Assembly: GCA_964016885.1 (NCBI GenBank)
Contig: OZ024743.1
Coordinates: 120,280,001 to 120,344,000, forward strand
Direction: 5' to 3'
DNA: 64,000 bases
Source of the DNA: Eledone cirrhosa
Lineage: Eukaryota
Of this stretch, positions 12,604 through 26,233 are shown piece by piece. The notes beneath the pieces were generated by a model. That model saw only the letters and a list, made by a program, of their open reading frames with translations. It searched no databases and had not been told where the DNA came from. Numbering within the stretch: position 1 is the stretch's first letter; each line of letters begins with the position of its first letter. A program made the translations under genes and the position numbers.

Positions 12604-13194
12604 TATGCTGTCACCCGTGTAACCCTTAGTTTCACTTTATCTCTTTTGATACCAACCCACCTGAGACTACTCAGATTCTATGATACAAAACATTTTCAAG
12701 CATTTAGCTGTAAATCTGCTCTCAAAATCTTATGTAAGAACTTTTCTGTTAAATTATATTCTAAACTGTTACTTTATAATGGAGAAATTAGTTATTTTAC
12801 TAAATCCCTCCAAATTGTTGATTATTTTCAAAATTAATTGAACCATATAGACAGTGTTTTTCTTTTGTTAAAATTGTCATGGAAGAGTTATACTTCTGTT
12901 AAATCATGTCTTTATTAGCAAATCTTTCATTGCAAATATGATAACAATACTCATTCACTCCCACTCTCATTCACCCCTACTTTTATATGTCTAAGAGATT
13001 GCAAAACTGACAATTGTGTTTATGACAATTTTTTGTCTTTATAGTCATAGTAAAGTCTAATTGATACATTCATCTACATTTCTTATCTCTCTCTACTGCA
13101 CTTTAATTACTGCATACAACAGACATTAAGTCAACTACATTCAAGCATCTCTGTTACCTTCTAATTTTTACTTAACATGTAATAATTTAGCAGA

Positions 13195-13702
13195 AAATCT
13201 AAACTATAATAAAGGAAGGTCTGCGAGACTGCGTACGGTTTATATTTTTTATCCCATTAGTAAAATAAGTTAGATTACTTTAAATAAATAATGAAGGAAT
13301 ATTACATAATTTATCTACTAAATTTCGTAAACAAAAATAATTTCATAAAAATAAATAATAATTTAAAATTGACTTCTTTTCAAAGTTGTACTTCCTGTAT
13401 ATCGTTGCCACCACCACCACTTCAACTACCACATATACAGAAAGAGAGAGTGTGTGATGTCAACACCTCCGGTGGCGATCACTTAAATAAACATACTAAT
13501 TTTCTCTTAATGCAGTTTATATATAATATCGTCTTTTTTTAATGTATCATGGATTACGTTACTGATTACATAAGACAGTGTAACAACGTCTTCATTCAAT
13601 TTCTGTTTATATTGTCAATTACGATTTTATTTGATGTATCATATCTACATGTATATATACTTGCGTATAATATCAATATACACACTACATTTTTCTGCTA
13701 GT
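13195..13702 (-). mobile_element. Helentron/HINE-like element, paralogue of 16-1044 without the SINEs
   Basis: Shares both termini (TTTTCTGCTAGT; CTATAATAAAGGAAGGTCTGC) in inverted orientation. Confidence 0.6.
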
Positions 13703-14040
13703 ATATTTAAAAAAAAACGGATTTGTTAATTCAAATATATATAGTATCTTTACTAGTGAACAGATCAATGCAAATTTTACTGTCTTACAGTAAAGATTTC
13801 AATTTCTAATGTTATGCAATCATAGAGCTATTTTGTACTTTCCAAAAATATCTTTCTAATGCAGTTTCATGCAATACAGGACATTAAGAGTTAACATTGG
13901 ATAACATAAAATGAATTTGCTTAGTGGTGAAAATAATGATGTTTAATTCATTTATTAGCAGTGAAGTTTAATATACTATTTTACTATCTATTAATGTATG
14001 TTTTTAAAATCGTATTTATTTCTATTTTGTATTCTTTTAG

Positions 14041-14156
14041 TGGGGTGGACGTCGTTACGAAGAAGTTCAAAAGACTTCAGTATGGTGTACTGCCTTAGAT
14101 GGTATTGAGTGTTTTGGTAATAGAAAATTTCTCAAAGGAGGCTTCCCTTGTATCAA
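14041..14156 (+). CDS. TM2D2: TM2D2 coding exon 3
   Basis: Acceptor ttcttttAG and donor GTAAGT; WGGRRYEEVQKTSVWCTALDGIECFGNRKFLKGGFPCI(K). Confidence 0.95.
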
Positions 14157-14399
14157 GTAAGTTAATTTTGTTTTGTTTTATATTTAAAAATTTTATGTAA
14201 TTTTTTGGTAAGGAAGTTACATTTATGACCTAATCTATGATACTCTGTTTCACTATTTTAATGAAATCCAATGCAAATGTAATGTTTTAATAAAATGGAT
14301 ATGGTAGATATTTAGATTAAAAAAATATAATCAGATTAGCTGACTATTTAGAAGTTTCTGTTTTGATGTTCAATATTTGTAATGCAGCACTCAGCATCA

Positions 14400-15190
14400 A
14401 ACCTATCAAGTGCAAGTCAAAGATCATCTGTCAAGTTAAGTAACACCATGTTATCTGCAAATTCCAGCTGACTGATTTTACACCCATCAGTCATGATACC
14501 ACTTCCAAGTCGACTGCACATGTCAATCCTGTTCATGTAAATAAGGAACAGGAGAGGTGATAGTACATACCCTTAGTGGAGTCCGACTCCCACATTGATT
14601 GATTTCAATTTAGCAGCATTTATCCAAACACAAATACTTGGGCATTCGTATAGAGTCATCAGGGCAGCAAGAAGCTGACCATCAACCCCATACTCCTGCA
14701 CAGCCTTCCACAGTAGGTCCTGAGGAACACGGTCATATGCCTTTTCAAGGTCGACAAAACAAGTATTAATCCCACGATTTCTTGAAAACCTGCCACAATG
14801 TGAATATTTGGTCGGCTGTGCTGCCTCCGGGGCAAAAACCACACTGTTCTTCAGCTAGCTTGGACTCAACAATCTCCATGCATCTCTTTGCCAGACACTT
14901 AACATAGACTTTACCAGGGAGGCTTAACAAGGAGATCACTCTGTAATTGAAACAATCTCTCTTGCCTCCCTTTTTGAAAATTGGAACTATCACTCCTGAT
15001 TGCCATTGCTTAGGTTCCTTTCCAGAGATCTTGGCCACTCGGCACACACAAATCAGACAGAGAATACCTTCTCTATATAAAGCTTTTAACAGCTTGGGTC
15101 GGATTTCATCTTCCCCAGCAGCTTTACCACATTTGAACTCTTTAACTGCTTTTGTGACCTCAGTCACACCGAGTGCTGCATGGCTGGAAT
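14400..15190 (-). mobile_element. RTE-clade RT fragment (frameshifted)
   Basis: GKAAGEDEI...PIFKKG...NYRVISLLS...EEQCGF, FVDLEKAYDRV, and a decayed FADD region. Confidence 0.85.
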
Positions 15191-15691
15191 GAAAATCAGT
15201 GCTGCGAAAACTGAGACACTTGTCCTCTCAAGGAAGCCTGTGCAGTGCACTCTACACGTGAATGGAGTTCCATTCCTGTAGAACCTTCTTAACAATAAAA
15301 AATGTGAAGAAATATTTTGGCTTTAATATGCCCTTTGTGATGTAGCAAATAGGCAGTTGTTAGAATGTCAGGTAGAAATTTTAGCAGTATTTGTTCCAGC
15401 TCTCTATGTTCTGAGTTCAAATTTTGTAGAGGCTAACTTTACTTTTCTTACTTTCAAGATCGATAAATAAAATATGAGTCCAGCACTGAGGCCAATCTTT
15501 CCTATGTATCTCTTTCTTACTTCATCTCTCTTTCTTTGGAAGAAATCCACTGTGTTCAGACATGTGAAGGATGAGCTCTACCAGCTTTAAATGCTCCAAA
15601 CATGCTGTATGATATAACAGCATTCCTACTACTCCCATCAAGAGCCCATGCATGTCCTCAACTGAAAAATTCAAAAGAAAACATTAATATT

Positions 15692-15895
15692 GATTTCTAA
15701 CTTAGGCACAAAGCCAGTAAATTTGAGGAAGGGCAAAGTTCATTAAATCAACCCCAGTACTAGACTGGTACTTTATTTTATCAACCCTGGAAGGATGAAA
15801 GACAAAATTGACCTTGGTGGGATTTGAACTCAGAATGTTAAGAATCAGAACAAATACTGCAATAGCATTTTACCCGATGCTCTACTAATCCATCC
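15692..15895 (-). mobile_element. tRNA-derived SINE with TSD
   Basis: AAAACATTAATATT at 15678-15691 and 15901-15914. A further decayed + copy lies at about 15335-15500. Confidence 0.85.
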
Positions 15896-16248
15896 TAAAT
15901 AAAACATTAATATTAAACAGCACCAACACTTATATAGGTGGAAATATACATTATCATGAGGTTGGTGAAGTTTGACAGACAATATATCTTTTGAGAATCA
16001 GATGATTGTAATTTATAGTTATAAACACTTTTTCAATATGGTAGTTACTTATATCCCTGTCACAGGTCTTAATGGAAACTGTAACTGTTGTGTTCTAGCA
16101 GCTGTTTTGGTGCATTTATGCTATGTTGTTGATGCGTACTCTTCCACCAGAACATACTTGCTTCATTACTTTCTAGCCTTTGGAGATCTGCATCAAGGCC
16201 CATTTTTCACTGCCATGTAGCATTTTAATTTACATGGCTGAACTGGTA

Positions 16249-16929
16249 CATCATCATCATCATCATCACCGTTTTACGTCCATTCTTCCACACTAGCATG
16301 GGTTAGACGGGTTGTTCTGTTGTGGGCTGTGCCAGGTCGGGTGACCTTGTCTTGCTCATACGGGAACTGATTTGGCTTGATTTCTACAGCTGGATGCCCT
16401 TCCTAACACCAACCTCATTTACAGTGTGGGCTGGGTGCTTTTTTGCCGTGACACCTCCACGACCACTTTGTAGTGGGAGGGGATGGGAGCATATTGTCTA
16501 TATGCTTCAGCGTCAGCTTGTTCCCATGGGAAGTCGGGTCTTCTGTATTACTGCGTGATGCCAGAGGTCACGGTCCTGTGTCATCGCTTTTGAGAGGTGC
16601 AATTGGGTAAGGTCAGCTTTTATCACCTCATCCCAGGTCTTCTTGGATCTCCCCACTCTATAGCTTCCATCGATTTTTAGTGCTCTGCACCTTTTTATGC
16701 ATCACATGTTCATACCAACGCAACCTCCTCTCCTGCACACAGCATTTGATTCCTCTTATGCTCAGTCCTTCTCTCAGTTTGTTTATGCTTTGCCGTTTGC
16801 ATATATTACTATTACACATCCATCGGAACATGCAAGTTTCGTTTCTTTCTAATCTATGCAAGTCTTCTACACGCAGCGCCCAGGTCTCACTCCCAGGTAA
16901 CATTGCTGTTCGTATACACGCATCAAACA
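16249..16929 (-). mobile_element. RTE LINE 3' fragment with (TGA)n tail
   Basis: DACIRTAMLPGSETWAL...ERRLRWY, homologous to the C-terminus of ORF 19115-21157. Confidence 0.9.
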
Positions 16930-17789
16930 TAAAAAGAGACAAAATTTTGTGAAAACTTTTGTTACAGCTAGAAGAAAGTTTTGTTCATATGGATAGTAGC
17001 AGATGTATATTTGAGTGAAACTGAGGATAATTCTATGATGTAGGATATAGTGGATTTAATTAGATCCGGGTTTATAAGATAGTGCAATTCAGAAAATTTT
17101 CAATTTTTTGTGATGGTGTTATATCTAATACAGATTGTAGATTGTAGTAGAAAGATTTTCAAATTCGACAGATGAGATGGTGATAACAACTTTGTTACCA
17201 TATTTCTCATGAAAGACACCATCTATAAAGTTTAGATCATTTTGCAAATAATCAAGAATTTGGTGGGGAGTTAGTAACTTTCTCATTATAAAGCTGTTGT
17301 TTGGAAAACAATTTAACAAAGGTTCTAATGTGAAACTATTACGGAAGGTTTTTAGATAAATACAAATACTTTAAAACAAACAGTTTTGTATTGTAGAACC
17401 AGTGGTGATTTCAGATTATTTTTATCAAAAATGTTAAGTGTTCTGTTACTAGACTGTTTCCAGTATTTTATCCATCAGTAGAAATAGTAATAAAGATAAC
17501 AATGTCATTGTTAGATTCCCTTTTCTTAAATTAAATCTAGTTGTAACAAATGTTTCCTCTAGATTTTGTCTCCCTTTATGCTTCTCTACCAGTTTCACCA
17601 TTTGTGGACAACTTGTCAATATCTTATTTGTATGGTATATCTTTGTCTATCTTCACTGGATATAGACTAACTGTTATCAATAATGGTGAAAAAATTCCTT
17701 TTTTTTATACAGGTATGTTGTCAAGTAGTTTTCTTTTTTACAGGCACGTTGTCAAATAATTTTTTTTACACTATACTATACTTATTAAA

Positions 17790-17981
17790 AATAATTGTTT
17801 CTACTTTTGGCACAAGGCCAGCAATTACCCAGTACATTACTGGTACTTTATTTTATCGACCCTGTAAAGATGAAAGGCAAAGTTAACCTCGATGGGATTT
17901 GAACTCAAACCGTAAAGGGACGTAACTATGCTAGAAAGCATGGCATCCGACCCTCTACCGATACTGCCAATTCACTGCCTT
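17790..17981 (-). mobile_element. tRNA-derived SINE
   Basis: Consensus match; AAAATAAT duplicated on both flanks. Confidence 0.9.
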
Positions 17982-19094
17982 CAAAATAATGTTGACCTGT
18001 TATCTGTGAAGAACTAGGGTTGACCTTTATATGAGATACATGAAAAAATCTGAATTTTTTAGCAAAAAATAGATGATTGACTTTTACATGCATATATATG
18101 GTATATATAGAAGGAAAGATTCTTGACTGGTTGCTTTAGACATCAGCATATTAAGTGATCTGAGACAAATACCAAAGGTGGAGAATGCACATACAAAAAT
18201 ATATATTAGCATACCATTAATCGTGTGTATCCAGTTTAGAAGAAGTACACTGTATCTCTGTGTGTCGTAAAAAGAGATTAAAAGGGTTAGTGTAAGGAAG
18301 GGCATCTGGATGTAAACATTGCCTCAAAATGTCCTGTCCAACTTACGTCCAAAAATGATGATGATGCCAACATGAAAATGACAAAGACCACATTATTTAA
18401 AGTTTATAGAGCCACTGCCAACAGGGGCTGCATCCTTATGTACATGTTATAACTTAAGGTTTCTAAAAGTTGCCCATCTTTCACATCCTTTCTTCCCATG
18501 TCAAATTGAGTCTTTGTGACCGTTTCTTATTTTAATATGTCGATGTTTCCATATTTCCCTGTTGTAGATTGTAATTGAGTGTATATGTCTTCTCTAGATT
18601 TTTTTCTCCTCTAACATTTATTGATTTGTTTTGTAACTAATAGTTATTATCTATAGTGTGTTTAAACAAAACACAATAACTGAATTGCTTCTCTGCCCTG
18701 GATGCTTTTTAAAGCATTTCTATCTCTCCTTAAACAATGACCTAGCTTGTACCAGTAAAATTTTGAAGTTAGATGTGATTATATAATACACCCTGTCAGG
18801 TGGAGTGCCAGTGCCATGATAAAACATACCTAGCATATGCTATGAAGTGATTGGTGTTAAGAAAGGCATTCCATTTAGCCTTAGAAACTATGTCAGAATG
18901 GAATGTATGAACAAGACACAGTCATCTGATATGTCTGACTTCAATCTGGATGTAAAACAGTGATGTTAGATGTGTAGTATAAAGTAGTAGCATACACTGT
19001 ATATTCAATGATGTAGATGTAGAACTGAAAGAGCAAGTTTATGCTCCTTGTATTGGGAAAGCTTACGGATAGTTTAATTATTTGTAACATTAAG

Positions 19095-21778
19095 GAACAG
19101 TAAGGAACAGTAAGGTGGAGGAGTCAATTAAGGCCAAAAAGCAGGCTTGGAAAGTATGGCGGGATGGGGGAAGTAGAGAAGACTATCAAGTGGCCAGGAG
19201 GGAAGCTAGGAGACAAGTGTACTTTGCAAGAAGGGAAGCAGAGGAAAGAAAGTTCAAGCATGTTCTACAACGTGAGGACCAAAAACGTGAGGTGTTCAGG
19301 ATTGCCAGGCAATGTGTCAAGGAAAACCGTGATATTGTCGGGGAGAAGTGTGTGCTTAATGATGATGGCATACTTGCCATCACCGACGCTGATAAGAAGG
19401 TAGCTTGGAAGTGTCACTACGAAAGGCTTCTAAATGAGGAGAACAAATGGGAGAAAGACAGTCTCCCCCAGATCGATCCAATAGAGGGACCAGCAGTGTT
19501 AGTTGAAGGTAGTATAATAAGTAAGGCAATCAAAGATATGAAGACGGGTAAGGCGGCTGGGCCTTCGGAAATAGTTGCTGAGATGCTGAAGGCATCTGGT
19601 TCGGTGGGACACACCATGGTCACCCGGATAGTTAACCAAGTCGTACAGAATGGGGTTGTTCCGAAGGAATGGCGTAGCAGCATCATCGTTAACTGCTATA
19701 AGGGAAAAGGAGATGCCCTAGATAGGAGTAACTATAGAGGCATTAAATTAATCGACCAGGTCATGAAGGTCACGGAAAAAGTAATAGCGCAACTAATCAG
19801 AGAGAGAATTGATCTAGATGAAATGCAGTTCGGGTTTGTGTCAGGCAAAAGTACCACAGACGCTCTTTTCATTGTACGACAACTACAGGAGAAGTACCTA
19901 GCTAAAAGTAAACCCCTATACTTAGCTTTCGTCGACTTGGAGAAAGCCTTCGACAGAGTCCCCCGTTCCATTATCTGGTGGTCTCTTAGAAAACTAGGTG
20001 TTGACGAATGGCTTGTGAGAGCTATACAAGCCATGTATAAAGAAACAGTCAGTAAGGTTAGAATTAACAACGAATATAGTGAAGAGTTTAGCGTAAAAGT
20101 TGGTGTCCATCAGGGCTCTGTTCTTAGCCCCCTACTATTTATTATTGCCCTTCAGGCTATAACAGAGGAGTTCAAGACCGGCTGCCCATGGGAACTCCTA
20201 TACGCAGATGATCTAACGCTCATAGCTGAATCAATGACCGAACTAGAGAAGAAATTCCAAACATGGAAGCACGGCCTAGAATCAAAAGGCCTTAAAATTA
20301 ACCTGGCTAAGACTAAAGTTCTAGTTTGTAGGAAAGAAAATAAGGCGGCGGTCCCATCTGGGAAATGGCCATGCTCAGTGTGCAGGAAAGGCGTAGGTAG
20401 AAACTCCATTTTATGTCCCAAATGCAAAGTATGGGTGCATAAAAGATGTAATGGGATCACAGGTAAGCTAACTAAGAACATAGATTTTACATGTGGCCGG
20501 TGCTCTGGTGCAATAAGTAGCAGCAAGTGCCCACAAAATACTAGCTCCTTCAACTGCGCAGAGGGTTCTATAGAAATAGTGGACAGCTTCCGTTATCTGG
20601 GTGACAAAATCAGCAGTGGGGGAGGGTGCTCTGAAAGTACAGTAGCTAGAGTCAGAACTGGATGGAAAAAGTTCAGAGAGCTTATACCACTATTAGCCGC
20701 TAGAGGGTTCTCCCTAAAAATGAAAGGCAGGTTATACGATGCCTGCATACGAACAGCAATGCTGCATGGCAGTGAGACCTGGGCATTGTGTGCAGAGGAT
20801 ATACGCAGACTAGAGAGGAACGAAGCTTGCATGCTCCGCTGGATGTGCAATAGTAATATATGTGAACGGCAAAGCATAAACGAACTAAGGAAAAAATTAG
20901 AAATAAGAGGGATCAGATGTTGTTTACTCGAGAGAAGGCTACGTTGGTACGGTCACGTGATGCGCATGAAAGACGACAGCTGTATAACAAAGTGCAGGGC
21001 AATAAAGATAGACGGTAGCCACGGAGTAGGCAGACCCAGAAAAACATGGGACGAGCTGATAAATTCCGACCTCACACGCTTACACCTCTCCAAGACAATG
21101 TCACTGGACCGAGACCTTTGGCGGTACTCAGTAATAGAGAAGACCCGCCTTACCTAAATACAAAGTAAAAACCTACTACAGTCAGTAGGCATCTCTATCA
21201 AAACACCCCCCCGTCCCACCACCTCCACCCCACCCACACCGCCCCTTTCAATGTAAAGTTATGTTGGTCCCACAACATCCAGGCCGAAACAAATGAGATC
21301 GTGTAGGTGTCACGACAAAAAACACACAGTCCACGCTGTAAATGTGGCTGTGTAGGCAACACGGTAAAAACCTCCCAGCCCCACACTGTAAATGTGGTTG
21401 GTGTTAGGAAGGGCATCCAGCTGTAGAAAACCCGCCAGACAGTCCACGCTGTAATGTGGCCGTGTAGGCAACACGGTAAATACCTCCCAGCCCCACACTG
21501 TAAATGTGGTTGGTGTTAGGAAGGGCATCCAGCTGTAGAACACCCGCCAGACAGTCCACGCTGTAATGTGGCCGTGTAGGCAACACGGTAAAAACCTCCC
21601 AGCCCCACACTGTAAATGTGGTTGGTGTTAGGAAGGGCATCCAACTGTAGAAAACTCGCCAGACAGTCCTATGCGAGCAAGACAACCACTCTTGCCTCAA
21701 GTGGGAAAACCCCCGTCCAAACCCATGCAAGCGTGGAACACGGACGCTAAACCTGATGATGATGATGATGATGATGAT
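19095..21778 (+). mobile_element. Young 5'-truncated RTE-clade LINE in TM2D2 intron 3
   Basis: Uninterrupted 680-codon frame with RT motifs (QFGF, FVDLEKAFD, QGSVLSPLLF, YADD) and the RTE C-terminus (RLRWYGHV, GRPRKTW). No endonuclease domain; (TGA)n tail. Confidence 0.95.
21328..21668 (+). repeat. Three tandem 112-113-bp units in the RTE 3' UTR
   Basis: AGTCC unit starts at 21328, 21441 and 21553, and the array closes at 21665. Confidence 0.9.
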
Positions 21779-23415
21779 TAACTTCAGAGAAATCAATCAG
21801 ATTTACATAACATAGAAAGCTAGTTTAGAGGATTGATAAGTGTGGATCATTGGATCTGATACACTACTCAATTTAACTCGACCTCCTTGACCCCCTTGCA
21901 ATAGCAGCCAAGTCTTCCTGATATCATGCCCTGCTATTTTAGAAAATGATACATTGGATAATATGGTCCCAGATAGACTATGTCTAAATAATATGATAGG
22001 ATAGTTTTAGCTGGAATATCTTTAATTATTGGTGTTTGATTAGGGTTCTTTCAAATATAACCAATAACAACAATATCATCACCAGGCCTGTAGGTGCCTT
22101 TACCAGAGTTCACTTTGTTGCAAGCATTTTGAATAGGCCTCCAGTTCTCTCTCTATGCATGTTTTTCATACAGATGTTTTGCCTAAACTTTGACTGCATC
22201 AGTTTCATTTGCGCAGGTAGAACTGCAATGATCATGAGCATTGTTTCTCACCTTCTGCTTAGCTTATAAAAAACATTTGAGAAATTCAAAAGGTTGCAAG
22301 ATAGGTTACTATTGAAGTTAATTTAGCATGAGAGGAATGGAAGGAAAGGAATTAAAAATATATATAATTAGATACAAAGTTTAAAGGCTTTTTAAATTTT
22401 CATGCAGTTCTTCAATCTCAATATCCGTAGAAAAGCAGAAGCCGTGTGAGAATTCCAGAGAGCTGCAGTTCTGAAAAGAGGGGATTGGAATAAATGTTGA
22501 GTTTAGATAACATGCAAGTCTACACATGACTGTCTCTCCTCTATTATATTCTATCAGCGATTGAAGAACTACTTCAGAAAATATGAAAACACCATGGTTT
22601 CAACAACTACAACAAAAACAGATACCAACAAACTTAGTCACTCTGAAATAAAAAAAAAATCACTAGTAAAGAACAGTCTACTATATCACAATGTTCATTT
22701 TTGAAGTAGACTTAACATCCACCCAATTTAACTCTTTTGATACCAAACACATGAAACTGCAACTGGTTCTATGACACAAACTTATTCATTTTAAAGTGTT
22801 TATCATCATCATCATCATCATCGTTTAATGTCTATCTTCCATGCTGGCATGGGTTAGACAGTTTTGTTCCATTTGATGCGGCAATGTTTATCCAAAATAC
22901 TTCCATCATAATCTTATGTAAGAACCTTTGTTAAGTTATGTTCTAAACACCAGCTTAATATTGAGAAAGTTATGTTACTAAATCCCTCTAAATTTTTGAT
23001 TATTTAAAAAATTATTTGAAAATTCCATAGACAGTGTCTTTCATTAGAAATACAATGTGGTGACACTGATTATTAGAAGGTACGAGTAGAAAATGTCTCT
23101 CAGCAGAAGTCCATGGCTAGAACCTGTTGGTAATACCTTTGGAGGCTGTCCACCCTTGCATGATTTTTTAAATTCTTTTCTCCCAGTTCATCAATAATTT
23201 AATCAAAGTTAATAATCTAGCTATTCTAAGTGAATTCTCATGATTCAGAACTAAATTCAGTTAATGAACACATTTGGTAAATTGTCTTTTATTTTCTTTC
23301 TTTAGATGTGATATATAAATTATATGAAATATGAGTTTTAAAAAAAAGCATACAAGCTTTTGAAAATAATTTTATTCAGTAAACTTTTTTAAAAATACAA
23401 TTCTCTTTTTTATAG

Positions 23416-23504
23416 GTACAATGGTCATTACTTTTTAACAACCTTGATATATTCTGTATTATTGGGTTTTCTTGGAATGGATCGGTTTTGTTTGGGACAT
23501 ACAG
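23416..23504 (+). CDS. TM2D2: TM2D2 coding exon 4
   Basis: Acceptor tttttatAG and donor GTTGGT; (K)[29 protein letters not shown](G), containing the TM2-domain DRF motif. Confidence 0.95.
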
Positions 23505-24471
23505 GTTGGTATCAGAATTTTCATTTTAATGATTTTTTTTATTTAATCCTTTTAAAACCAATCCACACGGGTTCTATGAAACAAACCATTTTAAAGGGTT
23601 CCTATTTAAATTTAAACCAGCAAATTGGCAGCGTCGTTAGAACATCAGATAGAATGCTTTGCGTTTCTGCTCTCTGAGTTCAAATCTTGCCAAAGTCAGC
23701 TTTACTTTTCATCCATTCAAAGTGGATAAGAAAAGTACCAGTCTAGTACTGGTATCAATTCTTCTTCTATATCTCTTTTTCACTTCCATTCTTTCACTCA
23801 TTCTCTCTATCTTTCTCTGGAAGAAATCAGCTATATTCAGACCTAGAGAAGAGATGGGTTCCACCAGGTTTTAAAATGCCCTAGAAACACCATATGTCAA
23901 TATTGCACCCTTATTATATCCCCAGGAATTGTGAAACCATAAATGCATGTATTTTAATTTAAACCTTCCAACATATTTTGACTTAAAAACCTTTTATTAA
24001 ATTATATTACAACTACCATGTTAATGAAATAATTAATTATTTTAGGAGATCCATCCAATTTCTTCAATAATTAATTCAAATATTAGTGTATTTTATTATA
24101 GATATGCTGTAAAAGGGTTAATTTTTTTAAATTAGATTACTATGACAGTTCTACTTTACATTCTAAAAGATATAAATCATATATTTAGTATGCCCAACTA
24201 CCAGTATCTAGTATCAGTATTTAGTATCTACCAGTTATAGAGCAATAACATGCAAACCACAGAGCTGGTATAACCAAATAAGTAGAACCTCTGAAAATAT
24301 GCAGAATAAGTGCATCATCATCATCATCACCATCACCTCATCATTGTTTAACATATTTTTCCCTACTTGTTTTGGTTAGATGGGTTGTCATGTTATAAGA
24401 CAAGTCAGGTCAGATGACCATATATGAATCTGTATTTTGGCTTGGTTCTTATCGCTGGTCACCCTTAATAA

Positions 24472-24840
24472 TGGTTTCTGATTTTATGCGCAAGGTCAGC
24501 AATTTTGGGGAAGGGAAAGTCGATTAAATCGACCCCAGTCCATTACTGTTGCTTTATTTTATCTACTACACAAGGATGTGATGGGAAGGCTCACCTTGGC
24601 GGGATTTGAACTGAGAATGTAAAGGGCCGTAACTATATGCTGCAAAGCATGTTGTCCAGTATTCTATCCATACCTCAAATCCACCACCTTGGTCACCCTT
24701 AATAAAGGTTTCTAATTTAGGCACAAGGCCAGCAATTTTTTGGTTGGGTAAGGGAAAGTCGATTAAATAGACTCCAGTGCATGACTGGTACTTTATTTTA
24801 TCGACCTGGTAAGGATGAAAGGCAAAGCTAACCTCGGTCA
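24472..24840 (-). mobile_element. Two successive SINE insertions at one site
   Basis: TGGTCACCCTTAATAA at 24456-24471 and 24690-24705 flanks the first copy; TGGTCACC recurs at about 24845. Confidence 0.8.
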
Positions 24841-25474
24841 GATTTGGTCACCGTGTGGAATGCATATACTGAGAAAATCCCAGGTTTATTACATTTCTGT
24901 TTTAGGATAAAATTTCCATATGAATCGGATAAAAATATATATTATCTTTTTCAGTTAATCAGAAATTCCATCATTTTAAACCATTACTGAAATGAGTGAC
25001 CATGTCCAAAATTGAGTTTTGGCTGGCTCATACTTATCTTTCCTTGCAAGATATGTTTTCAGAGCAATGTAGTATTTTCTTTGTCAATGAGCTCAACTGT
25101 TGGCATAGCCACAGTTTTCTGTTAGGCCAATGTAAGACATAGTACTACATTTTTTTTTTATCAGTTGTAATGGTATGATACATGTTGTTATTTATGCATA
25201 AGTTATCCTAGATATCTATGCCATCTGCCAGTTTACTCGTCTGTCTTTACACATGCCTTCCAAAGCTCTCAATACATCATTAGTGTTCTGAGATCTCCTA
25301 CACTATCCACTCTGGTATCTTCCAGCAGGCTATCTATCAATGTAATATTCCATGTAGTCATTTTAATTTCTGCACATATACTGCATAGTATTAAGATATT
25401 TTTATATATATTTATATATTCTTCTGTATATATGTGTAATGTATAGGGATTGTACTTGTACCACATTAAAATAC

Positions 25475-25801
25475 ACCCTCTACACTCTGTAAAATGGTAG
25501 AGCTAGTAACAGAATAAAATGCACCCAGTACACTCTGTAAGTGGTAGTGCTGGTGCCATGACAAAATACACTCAGTGCACTCTATAAGAGGGAGTGCTGG
25601 TGCCATGATAAAATGCACCCAATACAATTTGTAAAGTAGTTGGCATTAGGAAGGTCATCCAGTTGTAGAAACCATGCCAAATATGACACATATGAGCAAG
25701 ATGTAGTTACCTGACCCATCTAGTCACAGACTGCCAACTTGTCCAATCCATGTCAGCATGGAAAACAGACATAAAATGATGATGGTGATGATGATAATGA
25801 T
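25475..25801 (+). mobile_element. Older RTE-type 3' tail element with internal ~50-bp repeats and (TGA)n tail
   Basis: GTTGGCATTAGGAAGG.CATCCAG.TGTAGAAAC motif and TGA tail. Similar fragments at about 18280-18367, 18800-18965 and 34370-34663. Confidence 0.75.
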
Positions 25802-26027
25802 TTCATATCTCTTTATTAGTATCATTCCATATGATCATTTCAATGTTGCACAATATACTGCTGGCATATTTATCTCAACATATCAGGAAAAAAATGTTCA
25901 AAAAAGAAATTATGATTATAGATAACAACCGGTGGTTATGTCAAATTTTGAAAAATATATATTGATACAGTAAAACAATTAGATAAAATAAAGTAAGGTA
26001 ATGAAATTTATAAAAAAATAATAACAT

Positions 26028-26233
26028 AATGGTTTCTGATTTAGGCATAAGGCCAATGATTTTTTGGAAAAGGGAACGTTGATTAAATCGACTCCAGTGC
26101 ATTTCTGGTACTTTATTTTATCAACCCCATAAGGATGCAAAGCAAAGCAAACCTCTGCGGCATTTGAACTCAGAACGTAAAGAGCCATAACTCTATGCTG
26201 TTAAGTTGTCTGATGCTCTACTGATTCTGCCAA
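26028..26233 (-). mobile_element. tRNA-derived SINE
   Basis: Consensus match. Another copy at about 26450-26806 is split by an insertion, and further decayed copies lie at about 23625-23760 and 42015-42093. Confidence 0.8.

Noticed and set aside
19164-20877. Overlapping and antisense ORFs inside LINE coding regions (also 52125-53344 and 57491-59753)
   Set aside because: Shadow frames of retrotransposon ORFs with no independent protein features.
21328-21668. Regularly spaced direct repeats resembling a CRISPR array
   Set aside because: Whole units repeat with no unique spacers, they lie in a LINE 3' UTR in eukaryotic DNA, and there are no cas genes.
23444-23677. ORF-track 77-aa protein
   Set aside because: Only the part up to 23504 is real (TM2D2 exon 4); the rest is intron read-through.
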